64,000 nt of DNA from Candidatus Latescibacterota bacterium (GCA_965217585.1 OZ244561.1:2144001-2208000), one strand, 5' to 3'. Positions 1 through 10,331 are shown, numbered from the stretch's first letter. The notes: generated from the sequence alone by a model not told the origin. Translations and numbers: made by a program.

Positions 1-872
1 ATGGTTTCCGCCGTCCGGCCCGCCGCTGGCCTATAGAGGTGTGCATAGTGCTCGGGCGCTTCTTCGGCCGCGTCAATGTCGCCGGCGATCATGGCCTTTT
101 CCTGCGGGTCAACGCCCTCTTTGACCAGTGCGCCTTCCGTGCCCAGCACATACCAGCGCGGTTTGGGTTTGCGCGCCAGCGACGAGGTCTCCACGCGGGC
201 TTCGACGCCGTTGGCAAAGTGGAGCACAGCCAGCGCGTGGGACTCGACGTCGAGGCCGAGCGGTTCGCCGGAGTGGAAGGCGGCATACACCTTTGTCAGC
301 GGCGCGTCGATAAGCTGGAAGGCTTGATCGACCAGATGCGCGCCTAGATCGAAGAATTTGCCGCCGCCGTGCCGCGCTATGCTGCGCCAGCCGCGCGGGG
401 GGCCGTATTGGCCCCAGAACATTTCTAGCAAAAAAGGATCGCCGAGCAGCCCTTGGGCTAGTGCATCTTTAACGACGAGGAAATCGCCGTCCCAGCGGCG
501 GTTCTGAAAAACGCTGAGCAAGCGGTCGTGGGCTTGGCTGGCGGCGATCATCTGGTCGGCCTCGGCGATGCTCAAGCACATGGGCTTGTCGGTGACGACG
601 TGTTTACCCGCCGCTAGCGCTTGGATCGCGTGTGGGGCGTGGAGGTCGTTGGGCGTGGCGAGGACGACTAGATCGACGGCAGGGTCGGCTAGCACTTCGT
701 CGAAGTGGCGAAAGGTCTTTACTCCCAAGTCGCGTTGAATCTGGTCGCGGGCCTCCGACCGGCTGGTGGCGATGCCGTAGAGGTTCAGGCCACTGGCCAG
801 CCCCACGAGATAGGCGTGGAAGCAGCGGCCGGCAAAGCCATAACCGATGACGACGACGTTGGGTTTTTCCAT
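1..872 (-). CDS. Gfo/Idh/MocA oxidoreductase (IolW/YdgJ-like), runs off the window start
   Basis: Manually translated, not in the ORF track: MEKPNVVVIGYGFAG...TPNDLHAPH...VTDKPM...FQNRRWDGDF...DLGAHLVDQ; open to base 1. Confidence 0.9.
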   Translation of the reverse strand, partial: MEKPNVVVIGYGFAGRCFHAYLVGLASGLNLYGIATSRSEARDQIQRDLGVKTFRHFDEVLADPAVDLVVLATPNDLHAPHAIQALAAGKHVVTDKPMCLSIAEADQMIAASQAHDRLLSVFQNRRWDGDFLVVKDALAQGLLGDPFLLEMFWGQYGPPRGWRSIARHGGGKFFDLGAHLVDQAFQLIDAPLTKVYAAFHSGEPLGLDVESHALAVLHFANGVEARVETSSLARKPKPRWYVLGTEGALVKEGVDPQEKAMIAGDIDAAEEAPEHYAHLYRPAAGRTAET

Positions 873-968
873 GATTTTTACCTGTGCGACGGGCGTTTTT
901 GCGGCCAGCAAATGGGCACTTATATTATGAAAACTCAAAGGTTTGGGCAAATTTTCAGGAGGAGTGCA

Positions 969-1043
969 ATGCGGATTCGGATTAGCTGGGATGAAGGCGC
1001 GGTCGAAGCGGTTCTGGACGCTACGCCGACGGCAGAAAGTTGA
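969..1043 (+). pseudogene. N-terminal remnant of a cyclophilin-like fold protein
   Basis: AGGAGGAG RBS, then MRIRISWDEGAVEAVLDATPTAES and a stop after 24 codons. Confidence 0.5.
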
Positions 1044-1072
1044 ATAAGAAGGGACACTTTTTCCTCGCTTAG

Positions 1073-2596
1073 GTGTTATATATGGCACACGGTCAATCGG
1101 GTGGGCCCAACGTGGAGTCTTTATCCATGTCGCCGGTGCGAGGACAATGGACGGAATCACTTATGCAGGGAAGCAGCAGATCGGTCATCGGTCTCAGCGT
1201 GGTCCTGCTGCTCTGGTTGAGCGGTTGCGGGGCCGCTTATTCGGGCTATGTGTCCCATTCGCTCAAACAGCTAGAAAAGGGCAACTACGAAGGGGCCCTC
1301 GGTAAGCTGGAAAAGCCCACCGGCAAGACCAACAAGCTGCTCTACCACCTGGAAAAGGGGCTGATTTTGCACTATCAGGGCCAATACGAGGCGTCCAACT
1401 TGGAGTTTGCAGAGGCCGAGCGGCTAAGCGACCAGCTCTACACCCGCTCTGTCTCGCGCCACGTCGCGGCTATGGTCTCCAACGACGCAGTCATCGCCTA
1501 TCGCGGCGAGGAGTTTGAGTTGGCCCTGATTCACTACTACCGAGCGATGAACTACGCTCGGCTGGGCGATCGGCAGGCCGCGCTAGTGGAGTGCCGCAAG
1601 GCCAACCAGAAACTCGAAGGCTACGCCCAGCAAGCCGAATATGAGCTGAGCTATAAGAACGACGCCTTTTTGCAATACATGACCGGCCTCTTCTTTGAAT
1701 CCGAGGGCGAGTGGAACGATGCGTATATTTCCTACAAGGATGCCTTAAAAGGCTATCGCGCGTACGACGCGGCCTTCGGCTCACAAGTGCCGCACATCTT
1801 GCTGGTTGATCTGGCGCGGCTGGCTGGGCGCTTGGGCTACGAAGACGAGGTTGCGGAATACACGGAGCGCTACCAGCTTGAGCCAGGGGAACTCCAGCCG
1901 GTATCCGGTGGCGAGATCGTAGTTTTCGTCGAGAGCGGCTTTGTGCCGCGCAAGCACCAGGTCGAATTCAATATGCCCATTATGAAAGGCGAAAAGGGCG
2001 TTAAGACGTGGACGGTGTCGGAGCGGGCCGTCCATCGCTACCACCATCCGCACACCTATCAGCGACGACGAGTAGATTACTGGCTCAAAGTGGCACTGCC
2101 CGAATACCGAGAGGTCCGCTCGCAAGTGGCCGGGGTGCGGTTGCGGGCGGGCAACCAGAGCGCGACTGCAGCCGTGGGCGAGGACTTAGCGGCGATTGCC
2201 CAACAGACCTTTACTGAGAAGTTCGACTCGATCCTGCTGCGCGCCGTCGCTCGCAACTTGGTCAAGTATTTGGCGTCTAAAGGGATAGAAAAGGTGTTCG
2301 AGGACGATGAGGACGATGAAGATGACGAGAACGCTTGGGTCAAAGAGGGGGTGGGTCAAGCCCTCGGCGGCTTGGTCAACCTCTTAGGCGCGGCGACTGA
2401 GGCGGCCGATACCCGAAGCTGGCTATCGCTGCCGCGCACCATCCACATCGCACGCCTGTCCGTGCCGCCGGGTACGGCCGCCCCGACTTTGGAGTTTATC
2501 GACGCTCGAGGTCAGGTGATAGCCGTAGAGACGCTGCCCGAGGTGGCGGTGGCGGCCGGAGAAAAGGTCTTCCTAAACTTTCGCACTTTTCGCTGA
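1073..2596 (+). CDS. COG3014-family TPR lipoprotein (real start probably ~1163)
   Basis: Lipobox LSGC, helical repeats, YRGEEFE motif and C-terminal EAADTRSWLSLP typical of COG3014. Confidence 0.8.
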   Translation: MLYMAHGQSGGPNVESLSMSPVRGQWTESLMQGSSRSVIGLSVVLLLWLSGCGAAYSGYVSHSLKQLEKGNYEGALGKLEKPTGKTNKLLYHLEKGLILHYQGQYEASNLEFAEAERLSDQLYTRSVSRHVAAMVSNDAVIAYRGEEFELALIHYYRAMNYARLGDRQAALVECRKANQKLEGYAQQAEYELSYKNDAFLQYMTGLFFESEGEWNDAYISYKDALKGYRAYDAAFGSQVPHILLVDLARLAGRLGYEDEVAEYTERYQLEPGELQPVSGGEIVVFVESGFVPRKHQVEFNMPIMKGEKGVKTWTVSERAVHRYHHPHTYQRRRVDYWLKVALPEYREVRSQVAGVRLRAGNQSATAAVGEDLAAIAQQTFTEKFDSILLRAVARNLVKYLASKGIEKVFEDDEDDEDDENAWVKEGVGQALGGLVNLLGAATEAADTRSWLSLPRTIHIARLSVPPGTAAPTLEFIDARGQVIAVETLPEVAVAAGEKVFLNFRTFR

Positions 2597-2609
2597 GGAG
2601 CAAAGAGTT

Positions 2610-3449
2610 ATGTACGTCAAATTATGGATAGCCGCGCTGGCGTTGGCGCTGCCAGCCGCGGCGCAGCAGAGCACGCCGGCTGCCGATCGGGTCACGGACC
2701 CGCTGGAGGAAGGGGCGATCATCAATATCGTCGATTGGGACGGCGGCCAGCTACCCAAGCGCTACTACGAGCGCTCGGACCAGCTACCGATGAGTCTCGA
2801 CGACGTGCGCAAGCTGAGCGCGAACAAGTTCAGCACCGTTGCGATCATCAAGATGCTCGAGGAGCGGCGCTGCGTTTGCGACGCCTCGGTGGATAAGTTG
2901 GTCGCCTTGAAGACAGCCGGCGTCGCCGAAAAGGTGATCGAGGCGGTATCGCTCCACGCGCTGCCGCCCAACCGCTCGTTCGGGCTGACGATCTCCCTCG
3001 ACTTCGAAGGATTGGGCGGCAAGGCGGCGGTATCGACGCAGGCGCGTAAGGGCTATCTCTATTTGATCGTGCCCGACGGCGACAAGGAGCGGGTCTTTAT
3101 CGGCAACTTGCAGGCGATTCTCGCCGGCCGCTGGCAGCGCGACGCGCTAGTCGACAACACCGATCTGCTGCTGCCCAAAAAGGTGCGGCGCGTGACCTTC
3201 GCCTCCGAGGTGCCGCTCAAGACCTACGGCCGCAAGAAGGCCCTAGTATTTACCTCGACCAAACCAGACATCTACACTTCGGCCGATATTCCCGAGGCGG
3301 ATCGGGCAGGGGTGCAGGAGTTCGAGTTCGAGTACCCGGCCGCGTCACTGGAGCGCCAGTGCAGCCTACAGGTGCTCTACCGGCAGGACGCAATGTTGGC
3401 CAACCGCTGGCACTTAGTGCGCACCCATTTCCAGTGCGAATGGGATTGA
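2610..3449 (+). CDS. Secreted hypothetical protein
   Basis: Signal peptide (ALALALPAAA), GAGGAG RBS, operonic spacing. Confidence 0.75.
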   Translation: MYVKLWIAALALALPAAAQQSTPAADRVTDPLEEGAIINIVDWDGGQLPKRYYERSDQLPMSLDDVRKLSANKFSTVAIIKMLEERRCVCDASVDKLVALKTAGVAEKVIEAVSLHALPPNRSFGLTISLDFEGLGGKAAVSTQARKGYLYLIVPDGDKERVFIGNLQAILAGRWQRDALVDNTDLLLPKKVRRVTFASEVPLKTYGRKKALVFTSTKPDIYTSADIPEADRAGVQEFEFEYPAASLERQCSLQVLYRQDAMLANRWHLVRTHFQCEWD

Positions 3450-3463
3450 AAGGAGCTTATGCA

Positions 3464-4060
3464 ATGAAACGCTACGTTTTCGCGGCAATCGCCTTGGCCG
3501 TGGGGCTTGCAGCCTGTGGCGGCCCGAGGGCCTTCACCAAGGGCCAGTACGGAGATCCAGAAGAGATTTCCATGCTCGACGACAAGTGGAACCAGAACGA
3601 CATGCAGCTAGTCGCCAAGAAGATGATCGGCTCGATGGAGGGCTGGGCAGATGCTCGGGCGATGGCAGACAAGCCGATTGTCATCTTGGAGATGCCGCGC
3701 AACAAGACCACCGAGCACATCGACATGCAGGCGCTCTACGACCACGTCAAGACCGCGCTCATCCAGAGCGGGCAGTTTACGTTCCTCGACAAGGCCGCTC
3801 GGTTAGAGATCGCCCAAGAGTACGAGTACCAAGACTCGGGCTACGTGCGCCCGGACGAGGCTCAGGGACCGGGCAACCAGCGTGGCGCGCGCTTTTTGCT
3901 CGGCGGGGTCATTACCTCGACCCTGCAGCAGGTGGGCAAAAACAAGGTCGTCTATTACAAGGCGACCTTTGAACTAACCGATATCTCGACTACCGAGATC
4001 GTCTGGACCGACCAGAAGGAAATCACCAAGCACTTCCAGAAAAAGAGCATCGGCTTCTAG
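3464..4060 (+). CDS. lpoB: LpoB-like penicillin-binding protein activator lipoprotein
   Basis: Lipobox LAAC, NKTTEHID motif, C-terminal IVWTDQKEITK; AAGGAG RBS before ATG 3464. Confidence 0.8.
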   Translation: MKRYVFAAIALAVGLAACGGPRAFTKGQYGDPEEISMLDDKWNQNDMQLVAKKMIGSMEGWADARAMADKPIVILEMPRNKTTEHIDMQALYDHVKTALIQSGQFTFLDKAARLEIAQEYEYQDSGYVRPDEAQGPGNQRGARFLLGGVITSTLQQVGKNKVVYYKATFELTDISTTEIVWTDQKEITKHFQKKSIGF

Positions 4061-4077
4061 GGAAAGGAGCACGGAGC

Positions 4078-4614
4078 ATGAGACGCATTGCACTGATCGC
4101 CCTGCTGGCGCTGGCCGTTGGGGCGCAGGCTGCGACGCCGGGACGCACCGACGGCCCCGAAGGCAGCGAATACGGCAAGGGCGGCTACCATCACAAGGCC
4201 CAGTACGGCCGCTTCTACACCGAGGGATTTTTTGGGGCGGCGATGATGGAGAGCGAAGTCTCGGACACTGAGACCGACCTCATTTCGGGACTTAACGTCG
4301 GCTATATGGTCGAGGAATGGCTGGCCTTCCAGCTAGGATTCGCCCGCATCTTGGACCAAAACATCAACCTCTATGCAGGCGGGGTGCGCTCGGCCTACGT
4401 CAATCGGCCGTTCAACTACTATTTTTCGCTCGACGCCGAGCTGTACTCGCCCGAGATCGGCGACACGCGCTTCGGAATCGTCCCGGGAGTTGGGGCCGAG
4501 GTGATTCTCAGCGACCGTGTGCGGGCGGGCTTGCGCTTCCAGCGCGACTTTATCTTTGCCGACGATATGATTCACATCAACCGCTTTACGGCGAAGATAC
4601 AGGTGGATTTTTAG
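4078..4614 (+). CDS. Outer membrane beta-barrel protein
   Basis: Signal peptide, amphipathic beta strands, C-terminal Phe (IQVDF). Confidence 0.7.
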   Translation: MRRIALIALLALAVGAQAATPGRTDGPEGSEYGKGGYHHKAQYGRFYTEGFFGAAMMESEVSDTETDLISGLNVGYMVEEWLAFQLGFARILDQNINLYAGGVRSAYVNRPFNYYFSLDAELYSPEIGDTRFGIVPGVGAEVILSDRVRAGLRFQRDFIFADDMIHINRFTAKIQVDF

Positions 4615-4635
4615 GGAGCACCGCGTTGATATGCA

Positions 4636-4670
4636 AAAGGGCTGGCTTCTGAAGCGGAAGCTGGCCCTTT
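4636..4670. terminator. Likely bidirectional intrinsic terminator
   Basis: Imperfect hairpin AAAGGGCTGGCTTC-loop-GAAGCTGGCCCTTT between convergent genes. Confidence 0.6.
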
Positions 4671-4760
4671 GTATGTCTAATTTTTAGCCTACGGCCTATA
4701 ATGAGGCGGCGGGTTCAGGTTTCTCAATAGATGATTTGATTTTGTAATTTCCCATTGTAT

Positions 4761-5501
4761 CTAACGTTTCGCCGATGGCTTACGGGCGATGACAATCATC
4801 TGATGGCTACCTCGATGGTACGGCTCGCAGTTCAACGAACCATAGACGATCTCCACATCGAGACCTGCCGAGGCAAGCAGATTTCGCATTTGCGATAGCG
4901 TGTAGAGGCGTTGAGATGATCGACTTTCGTCCTCTGTAATCCCATCAATTACACGTTGTCCAATGAGACGTTCTTCACGGAGGTCCCACTTCGATCTAAA
5001 GAGCACTCCATGATTGACGCTCACAGGACGAAAGTTCCGCAGTATTCGTTCGCGATTTAGTTGATCGATCAGAAGTCGTCCACCTGGACGCAATGCACGG
5101 GCAAATCTCCTCACCACGTCGGCATTCTCGCCGTCAGAGAAATATCCAAAGCTGTTGAACCAATTGTAAATCGCGTGGAACTCGTTTTCGAATTCGATCG
5201 AACGCAGATCCATATTCCTGAGATCGGCTTGTACCCCGTCTCTGCTAAATCTTCGTTTAGCCCGGTTTACGAATGTCGATCGCAGGTCGATGCCGACTAC
5301 TTCCACCCCGTGCTTCGCTAGGTGGTAAGCGACACGCCCCGCGCCACAAGGAGCATCTAGGACGCGCTGTCCATTTCTAATACGCAACATTCGTCGGAGA
5401 GAATCTGCCTCGTCCTCTCCGCCTTCATCCGGGCGAAGCCATAAGCTGCCATGGAGCGTCTTGAACCAATCGCGCTCGTCGTATTTAGCCTGTATATCCA
5501 T
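4761..5501 (-). CDS. Class I SAM-dependent methyltransferase (cassette-like)
   Basis: VLDAPCGAGR motif I and FNSFGY; its stop codon lies inside an attC right-end remnant GGCGAAACGTTAGAT. Confidence 0.85.
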   Translation of the reverse strand: MDIQAKYDERDWFKTLHGSLWLRPDEGGEDEADSLRRMLRIRNGQRVLDAPCGAGRVAYHLAKHGVEVVGIDLRSTFVNRAKRRFSRDGVQADLRNMDLRSIEFENEFHAIYNWFNSFGYFSDGENADVVRRFARALRPGGRLLIDQLNRERILRNFRPVSVNHGVLFRSKWDLREERLIGQRVIDGITEDESRSSQRLYTLSQMRNLLASAGLDVEIVYGSLNCEPYHRGSHQMIVIARKPSAKR

Positions 5502-5772
5502 GTAGGCTCTCAAGATCTGCAATTGCCGCACCCACGTATTCTGGTGTCTTGGGATGCAAAAGACGGCCGCAGTCCCAGAAGTACCGTACTTGGCGAAGAT
5601 TCTTAACAATTGACAATACCTTTTCCTCTACAGCCGATAACTCGGTAGGGGGCTCGCCAATGACGGCCTTATAGGAAGATCGAAAAATTTGTGCAATTAC
5701 TTTCTAGGTGGGTGATTCCGTGAATTATCAGAGTGCTGCGATCGTCTACGCCTAAATCCTCTGAATTCCTAC

Positions 5773-6675
5773 TCACGCCAGATGCTCGGTCCGCAGTTCT
5801 CTCGACCAGTCGAAGTACTCGTCCAGTCGTACTAGCTCGAATTCATCGACAATGTCGGCTGCGGTACTCTCCGCGGTCTCGCTGTAGATCACCGAAGTGC
5901 CCACCTGCCCGGTCGTGACAATGCGCACGGCCTCGCCGTACTGCCGGTGTATATCGTCGTACCTGGCTTGGTTCTTGTCGAGATGCACCACCTCATAGTC
6001 CAGGTTGATGCGCGCCGTGGCCCAGCTCTGATAGTTGTTGCTTTGGGCTAGAGTGGTGCCTTGCGGATCGATAATGGTGCAGGGCGTCCCCTTGTACACC
6101 GAGCCGACGAAAAAGGCCTGCACATCCAAAGCCCAAAAGTTCTGCACCAGCCCGCCGTGATACATGGAGCTGAAGAGCAGCAGTTTCGGCTTGAGCTTTT
6201 TGTACTGGGCTCGCAACTCGCCAAAGTTTAGGTCAAAACAGATCACCCCACCCACCGGCCCAAAGTCGGTTTGGATTAGGGCCGCGCCTGGCCCTGGACG
6301 AGTGCCGTGGTCGAATTCCGGGTACACCGGGATGTACTTGCGGTAGACACCGGCTAATTCTCCCTGTCGGTCGAGCAGCCCGAGAACATTGAAAACCGCC
6401 CCGCTCTTGCGCTCCTTCTGATGCACCGGCACGGTAATATAGCAGCTATACTGCCGGGCCAAGCCGGCCAGCAGTCGGGTTGTCGGCCCCTCTGGCACTT
6501 CTTCGTCGCAGTTCCGGCAGATGGTCTCGGGCAGGACGATCAGATCGGGCCTAGTGGCCCGGGCGACCCGACCCACCAAGTCCTCTAGGTCCTTGTGGGT
6601 TTGCTCCATCACCTCTTGGTCCGTCCCGCTGATCGGGGCGTAGGAAATGCTCGATACGACGATGTGATTGCTCAT
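5773..6675 (-). CDS. Carbon-nitrogen hydrolase (nitrilase family)
   Basis: E-K-C triad motifs LPE, YRK, ICFD. Confidence 0.85.
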   Translation of the reverse strand: MSNHIVVSSISYAPISGTDQEVMEQTHKDLEDLVGRVARATRPDLIVLPETICRNCDEEVPEGPTTRLLAGLARQYSCYITVPVHQKERKSGAVFNVLGLLDRQGELAGVYRKYIPVYPEFDHGTRPGPGAALIQTDFGPVGGVICFDLNFGELRAQYKKLKPKLLLFSSMYHGGLVQNFWALDVQAFFVGSVYKGTPCTIIDPQGTTLAQSNNYQSWATARINLDYEVVHLDKNQARYDDIHRQYGEAVRIVTTGQVGTSVIYSETAESTAADIVDEFELVRLDEYFDWSRELRTEHLA

Positions 6676-6801
6676 GGGTCTTTTCCCCTTTCAAAAATGA
6701 AGCCACGGTCTGCTCGACACGCGATTGTCACCTGCGATTCCTATAGTTATGCTGTACATTCACGCTTTCGCCCCGAAGCTCCTCATCCCGGGAGGTCCTC
6801 C

Positions 6802-8256
6802 GTGAGCAACAATCCCTACACTTACGACCTCGTCTGCATTGGCAGCGGCCCCGCTGGCCAGCGCGCCGCCATTCAAGCAGCCAAATTAGGTAAAAAAGTC
6901 GCCGTAGTCGAAAAGCAACAAATCGTCGGCGGCGTCTGTATTGAGACCGGCACGATCCCCTCAAAGACCTTCCGCGAAGCCGTCCAGCGCGCCTATGCGC
7001 GCCCTGGCTTGGAAGCCCACGAGCAATTCCGCCCCCGAGCGCGGCCGACCATGCAGCAACTGGTCGCTCACGTCGAGCGCGTCATCGAGCGCGAGATCTT
7101 CGTCGTCCAGGAGAATCTGTCGCGCAACGACATCGAGGTCATTCGGGGCCGCGCCTCGTTTGTCGATCCGCACACCGTTCAGGTTGAATCCCTCGAAGGT
7201 CGGCGCAAGTTGTCGGTGGACAAGGTACTCATCGCCGTGGGTACGCGCACCAGCAATCCGCCCGATCTGTCGCCAGACGGCCGGACGATTATGACCTCAG
7301 ACCACGTCCTTGACCTAGCGCGCTTGCCGCGCAACATCGCCGTGGTCGGTGCCGGAGTCGTCGGCATTGAGTATGCGTCGATGTTCGCCGCGTTGGGAGT
7401 CCAAGTGACGGTCATTGACCGCCGCCCACGCCCGCTCGAATTCCTCGATCACGAGATCGTCGATGAACTCATCCACCAGATGCGCAAGGCCGATGTGACC
7501 TTTCGCTGCGGGGAAGCGGTCGAGCACATCGAAGTGGTCCAGGTGCCCCAGCCCAAGGGCCTCATCGAACTGGAGTCGGGCAAGCACATCGTCGCCGATG
7601 TGGTACTGTTTTCCGCCGGCCGCATCGGCGACACCGACGCGCTCAACCTCGAAGCCGTGGGCTTGCAAGCGGATGACCGGGGGCGTCTGAAGGTAGATGA
7701 GCACCACTGCACAGGGGTGGACAACATCTACGCGGCGGGCGATGTCATTGGCTTTCCCGCGCTGGCGGCAACCTCCAGCGAGCAGGGCCGCTTGGCCGCG
7801 TGCCACATGTTCGGAGTGGAGGCGCAGCCGATGGGCAGCCACTTTCCCGTGGGCATCTACGCGATTCCAGAGATTTCCATGGTGGGGGCGACGGAGGCAG
7901 AACTCACCCGCGAGCGCGTACCGTATGAAACGGGCATTGCCCACTACAAGGAGATCTCGCGCGGGCAGATCCTCGGCGACGACTCGGGCATGGTCAAGCT
8001 GATTTTCCACCGCGAGGACGGCCGTCTGCTCGGTGCGCATTGCATTGGCACGGGTGCTACCGAGTTGGTTCACGTGGGGCAGGCGGTGTTGGGACTGGGC
8101 GGCGGCCTCGACTACTTTATTCGCACGGTGTTCAATTATCCCACCTTGGCCGAGTGCTACAAAGTGGCCGCCTTCAACGCGGCCAACAAGCTCGCCTTAG
8201 TGCGCAGTGCGGTCATAACGCAAGAGGCCGCTACGGCCGTCGCCGTGGACTCCTAA
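6802..8256 (+). CDS. sthA: Soluble pyridine nucleotide transhydrogenase
   Basis: GSGPAG FAD motif, GGVCIETGTIPSK, FNYPTLAECYKVAA; GGAGG RBS before GTG 6802. Confidence 0.92.
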   Translation: MSNNPYTYDLVCIGSGPAGQRAAIQAAKLGKKVAVVEKQQIVGGVCIETGTIPSKTFREAVQRAYARPGLEAHEQFRPRARPTMQQLVAHVERVIEREIFVVQENLSRNDIEVIRGRASFVDPHTVQVESLEGRRKLSVDKVLIAVGTRTSNPPDLSPDGRTIMTSDHVLDLARLPRNIAVVGAGVVGIEYASMFAALGVQVTVIDRRPRPLEFLDHEIVDELIHQMRKADVTFRCGEAVEHIEVVQVPQPKGLIELESGKHIVADVVLFSAGRIGDTDALNLEAVGLQADDRGRLKVDEHHCTGVDNIYAAGDVIGFPALAATSSEQGRLAACHMFGVEAQPMGSHFPVGIYAIPEISMVGATEAELTRERVPYETGIAHYKEISRGQILGDDSGMVKLIFHREDGRLLGAHCIGTGATELVHVGQAVLGLGGGLDYFIRTVFNYPTLAECYKVAAFNAANKLALVRSAVITQEAATAVAVDS

Positions 8257-8290
8257 GCGGGCCGGTATAGTTATCACCACCTCAACTTCC

Positions 8291-8947
8291 CTGCGCGCCG
8301 TCGTCTTTGACATGGACGGTCTCATGCTCGACACCGAGCCTTTGTATCAGGCTGCTTGGCAACGAGCCGCGGCGGCGTTGGGTTACTTCTTGGACGACGA
8401 GTTCTATCTGACCTTGATTGGCACTCCCACCAAGGAAGCCCTAAAAAAGGTAGGTGCCTACTTTGGCCCCGCTTTTCCCTTGCAGCGCTTTACCGAGTTG
8501 GGTGCAGACCAATGGTACCGGCAAGTGGAAGAACACGGCATTGATACCAAGCCCGGCCTGCTGCCCTTGCTCGACCAACTTGAGGCGACGGCCGTCCCCA
8601 GAGCAGTGGCTACTTCTTCCAGCGCCAAGCAGGCCGCGGAGACCTTGGAAGCGGGCGGTTTGGCGGGCCGCTTTGCCCACCTTGTTACCAGCGACCAAGT
8701 CGCCCTCGGCAAACCAGCCCCTGATCTCTACTTGGAGGCTGCCCGCCGCTTGGGTTTGCCCCCGGCTGCTTGTATCGCCCTAGAGGATTCGGAAGCTGGA
8801 GTCCAATCGGCCTCCACTGCGGGAATGACCGTGCTCATGGTGCCCGACCTCAAAGCACCTTCGCCCCAAGCCGGGGCCCAAGCGTACAAAATCCTGCCCT
8901 CGCTGCACCAAGCCGCTCCTTTGATTGCCGACTTGTTGGCGCACTAA
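8291..8947 (+). CDS. HAD-family phosphatase (beta-PGM/CbbY-like); start codon uncertain
   Basis: LRAVVFDMDG motif I begins upstream of the first ATG (8312); GKPAPD and LEDS motifs. Confidence 0.8.
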   Translation: MRAVVFDMDGLMLDTEPLYQAAWQRAAAALGYFLDDEFYLTLIGTPTKEALKKVGAYFGPAFPLQRFTELGADQWYRQVEEHGIDTKPGLLPLLDQLEATAVPRAVATSSSAKQAAETLEAGGLAGRFAHLVTSDQVALGKPAPDLYLEAARRLGLPPAACIALEDSEAGVQSASTAGMTVLMVPDLKAPSPQAGAQAYKILPSLHQAAPLIADLLAH

Positions 8948-9018
8948 TCAGAGTGCGCTGGGACGCTTGGCCTTAATCATCGATACAACAATGCGGCCCC
9001 AATACTGGGGCCGGACAG

Positions 9019-9849
9019 CTAGGCTTGTTGCGATCTGTTTTCTTCGAGCCAACCGACCGTGAAGTCCACGACGTCTCGTTGTGGCATGAGCTGGCAATCT
9101 GCAAGACCAACCCGGCCGCGGCGGACCGCGTGGCCTGCCTCTGATCGCAGAAAGTCTTCGCCGATGCGATCAAAATCTGAACTATCGATGTCAACATCTT
9201 CAAAGGTAGCCCATCTCCGCGAACCCGACGGAGAGATTGGCGCGCCCTGCTGGATGACGCGTTTGGTTGGAAAAGTCGCCCGATGTTCCGCAAGGTGCAT
9301 GGACGTATTATTTCCATGATCCACACCGAGAAGAAGGACAAAGCCGTGCAGATCGTAAATTCTCGCAAGCGGCGAATGCTCACCCATACCAAAGGCCAAT
9401 GAGTGATTATCGGTGATGCGCGATGCTTGGGGTCCACATGCACAAAACGAGACCTGCGGATGTACGCTGCGGAGAACGTCTCGCTGCTTGCGGAATGTCT
9501 CCGCGATAATGCCCATGGAACGAGTGGGGGTAAGCACTGGATCGTAGGCCGGCATGTTTTCGCGTATTACCGGCCACCACGACTTGGGGACGGGCGGACT
9601 TTCCCATCCGCTCGGTTCAGTCAGGTCGGGCGAGTGGGCGGGCATCACAAGCGTTCCAGCCGAGCCCAAGGCTTCCTGCAGGGCAACGATGACCGCTACA
9701 GCTCCTCCGCACACCCATCCCATTGCACTCAAGGACGAATGCACCAACACGACCATCCCCGGTTTGACGCCAAGCGCACGGAGGTCAGCCTGTAACGATT
9801 TGACTGTGGCGGGGACTTCTGTTTTTTCAACGATCTTATATTCACTCAT
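9019..9849 (-). CDS. AAC(3)/YokD-family N-acetyltransferase
   Basis: LVHSSLS, MGIIAETFR, RSVHPQVSF, NTSMHLAE motifs. Confidence 0.9.
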   Translation of the reverse strand: MSEYKIVEKTEVPATVKSLQADLRALGVKPGMVVLVHSSLSAMGWVCGGAVAVIVALQEALGSAGTLVMPAHSPDLTEPSGWESPPVPKSWWPVIRENMPAYDPVLTPTRSMGIIAETFRKQRDVLRSVHPQVSFCACGPQASRITDNHSLAFGMGEHSPLARIYDLHGFVLLLGVDHGNNTSMHLAEHRATFPTKRVIQQGAPISPSGSRRWATFEDVDIDSSDFDRIGEDFLRSEAGHAVRRGRVGLADCQLMPQRDVVDFTVGWLEENRSQQA

Positions 9850-9871
9850 TTCTTGCCTTCGTATAAAATTT

Positions 9872-10234
9872 TCAAGAGGTGTGAAAGATTTGGCTAGCAA
9901 AGTTTCGGATACACTCCATTGTATCTGGCGGTATGCTAAAATCGTCGCGAATCTGAATGTAGAGTGCCCCTCGATAGTTCATGTCGAAGTACTTTGATGT
10001 GCGAGCGAAAGGTACTTCGAACCCGACAGGCAAGGCGTCATCTGTTCCAGTGGCAACAAGCCACGTATCTCGTCCTGCAAGAGAGCGTCCGATGTCCTTG
10101 CGAATCTGAAGTAGATCCGTGAGCCTGTCGAGTAGGAGCCGAGTATTGCCGTTGTCCCTAGCGGTGCCGAGGACGAACGCTACTTTCTTAGTGTGTTGCA
10201 CTTGTCTTTCGTATGATCGCTTCAATAAAATCAC
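9872..10234 (-). pseudogene. Flavodoxin/NADPH-FMN reductase with internal deletion
   Basis: GTARDNGNT N-terminus joined directly to DRLTDLL...GRSLAG...FEVPF; the central TPVYWY segment is missing. Confidence 0.65.
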
Positions 10235-10331
10235 CTTTCAAGTAAAGACTGCATGGAGACGGTTGCGAACGAAATCGCAATCCTCAGGACGGGGTTTATC
10301 TTCGATCGAGATCTGCATCATCTTACTTTAC

